A stretch of 64,000 bases of DNA from assembly GCA_977016875.1 (NCBI GenBank), contig CDRNST010000308.1, positions 310,001 through 374,000 of the forward strand. Direction: 5' to 3'. The translations under genes and the position numbers were made by a program. Below, one piece after another: positions 62,509 through 64,000 of this stretch (its first letter is position 1; each line of letters opens with the position of its first letter). Origin of the DNA: Pavona decussata. Its lineage: Eukaryota. The notes beneath the pieces were generated by a model, which worked only from the letters and a program-made list of their open reading frames with translations, made no database searches and had not been told where the DNA came from.

Positions 62509-62984
62509 TTATATGTACCATGCATACACATCAGCACAAGTAAAACCACTGTTGTTTTCTTCCGTATAGTCCACAAAGTCCTGCCCATACCATATCTGCA
62601 AATCCTGGCCTCGTGACAAAGGCAGTGGGCTCGAAAGGTTACGAAATACCAGCTGGGGCGAATTGTGTTCAATCCCTTCAAGACTGTAAGAGTGACCTTG
62701 TATTAAGTGTCCCTTAGCATCTCTTCGCGCTTCCAAGTCTCCGCTGGGTGGTAGTAGGGCCTTTGCGTCTGCATCTGTAATGATTGTCATCAACTCTTGG
62801 TTGGCATATACGCTATACGGGCAGCCCCAATAGGAATCATCGTCATCGTTACATTTTACTGAACCCGTTTTGTAAACGAGCTTCATGGTCATGACACGCC
62901 CAGTCTTTGTCATGTTGAAGGCGCCATAAGTATTATCTCGAGCTCCAAAGCAAACAGGATCTGTGTTGATTTTTTGCCAGACGT
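62509..62984 (-). CDS. Terminal exon of a fourth, inverted family member (copy D); upstream exons presumably lie beyond the window
   Basis: ag|(D)VWQKINTDPVCFGARDN...TCADVYAWYI*. Same phase-1 acceptor as copies B and C, no internal stops. Confidence 0.88.
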
Positions 62985-64000
62985 CTAAGGGTGAAAACAC
63001 TTGGTCAGCTATATATATATTATCGAACGGCAAGTCAATTCAGCGGATACACACTTGGCTTAAACGTACATTTTTCGAATTTACTTATCCTTTTCAATAG
63101 GGCCGAAATCAAAATTCACTTCAAGGTTTTCAATTCTACTTAATATAATACTTAACGGAAGTTTTGTTTAAGATGAAGATCTTTTAGTTCAATGATCACA
63201 TCATATTTCATACAATAAAACTGGAACACACTTGTCGTCACCAAAAAGGTGACAGAGGTCGGATTCACAAATCCCTCCTAAGATGTATCCTGAGTATTGT
63301 GTTTTAGCAATAGATCATTGTTATTCCAATAACAGATCATTTATTATTAAGAAAAAAAACTGAGTCATGCGGAGCATTCTGCTTCTCTCAGGATTTAGCC
63401 ACGGTGACAGAAGATTTGGTGCCCGCCTTTTCCTAGCTCTCCGTCGATGTAAGCTGATTGCAGGAGCGAGCAATTGGCCGGGTATTGTCCAAACTAAAGG
63501 CACATTTTTTTACGAGTCTCATTCTGTTATTCCTTTCCTGGTTTAGTAATGAGAGAATAAGTGAAATCAGGTTTTCAAAAAGAACCAATATTCTGAAAGC
63601 GAAGAAGGTGACCTGAGAACCAGCGCTCCGAATATTCTGGACCCGACTTCCAGAGGTCGCTTTCACGTCGACACATTGTTTTACCGATTGGCGGGGCCCC
63701 CAATAGAACGCATATTCTGCGTATTCGGTTTAAACCGTGTTCTGGCTATTCCGTTCATTCTGCTATTGGGAACAGAATGAAACGACCATAGGGAAGATCA
63801 GAGCGGGCTAGATAGGGCTCAAGGCGTACTTCAGTGAGCTCATCACAATGAAACAGTATGATAATTTGTAAAACAATAATTTGTCTTATTCTTTTGTGCA
63901 AATGTTCTTTGATTTCGACATTTTGGTCAATTTTGGTGAATTAATGGGAAATCCAAACCTCAAAAATAGTGAATCATCGATGGCCATCGTTTGGACACGA

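Overview
Eukaryotic, AT-rich, repeat-rich animal genomic DNA with GT-AG introns, MITEs, SINEs, LINE relics and one assembly gap. The gene families and repeats suggest an anthozoan, probably a stony coral (inference only). There are two gene clusters. (1) 3.5-38.6 kb: five intact three-exon globin genes (orientation + - - + -). All begin with MGCxxS (N-myristoylation/palmitoylation signal), keep CD1 Phe, E7 His and F8 His, and have only the B12.2 and G7.0 coding introns, i.e. globin X / neuroglobin-like membrane-anchored globins. (2) 41.5-63 kb: a tandem family of secreted proteins (signal peptide + PAN/apple + short fibrinogen/COLFI-like N-terminal module + a C-terminal domain I cannot name). 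It comprises one truncated copy, one copy fused to a tRNA-Thr-like element, one intact copy and the last exon of an inverted copy. The family sits in a recent segmental duplication and shows hypervariable loops. Also present: Penelope-type minimal hammerhead ribozyme relics, a decayed DIRS/Ngaro-like retroelement, and Kolobok-, pogo- and other MITEs. Most ORFs in the supplied track are spurious or are single exons.
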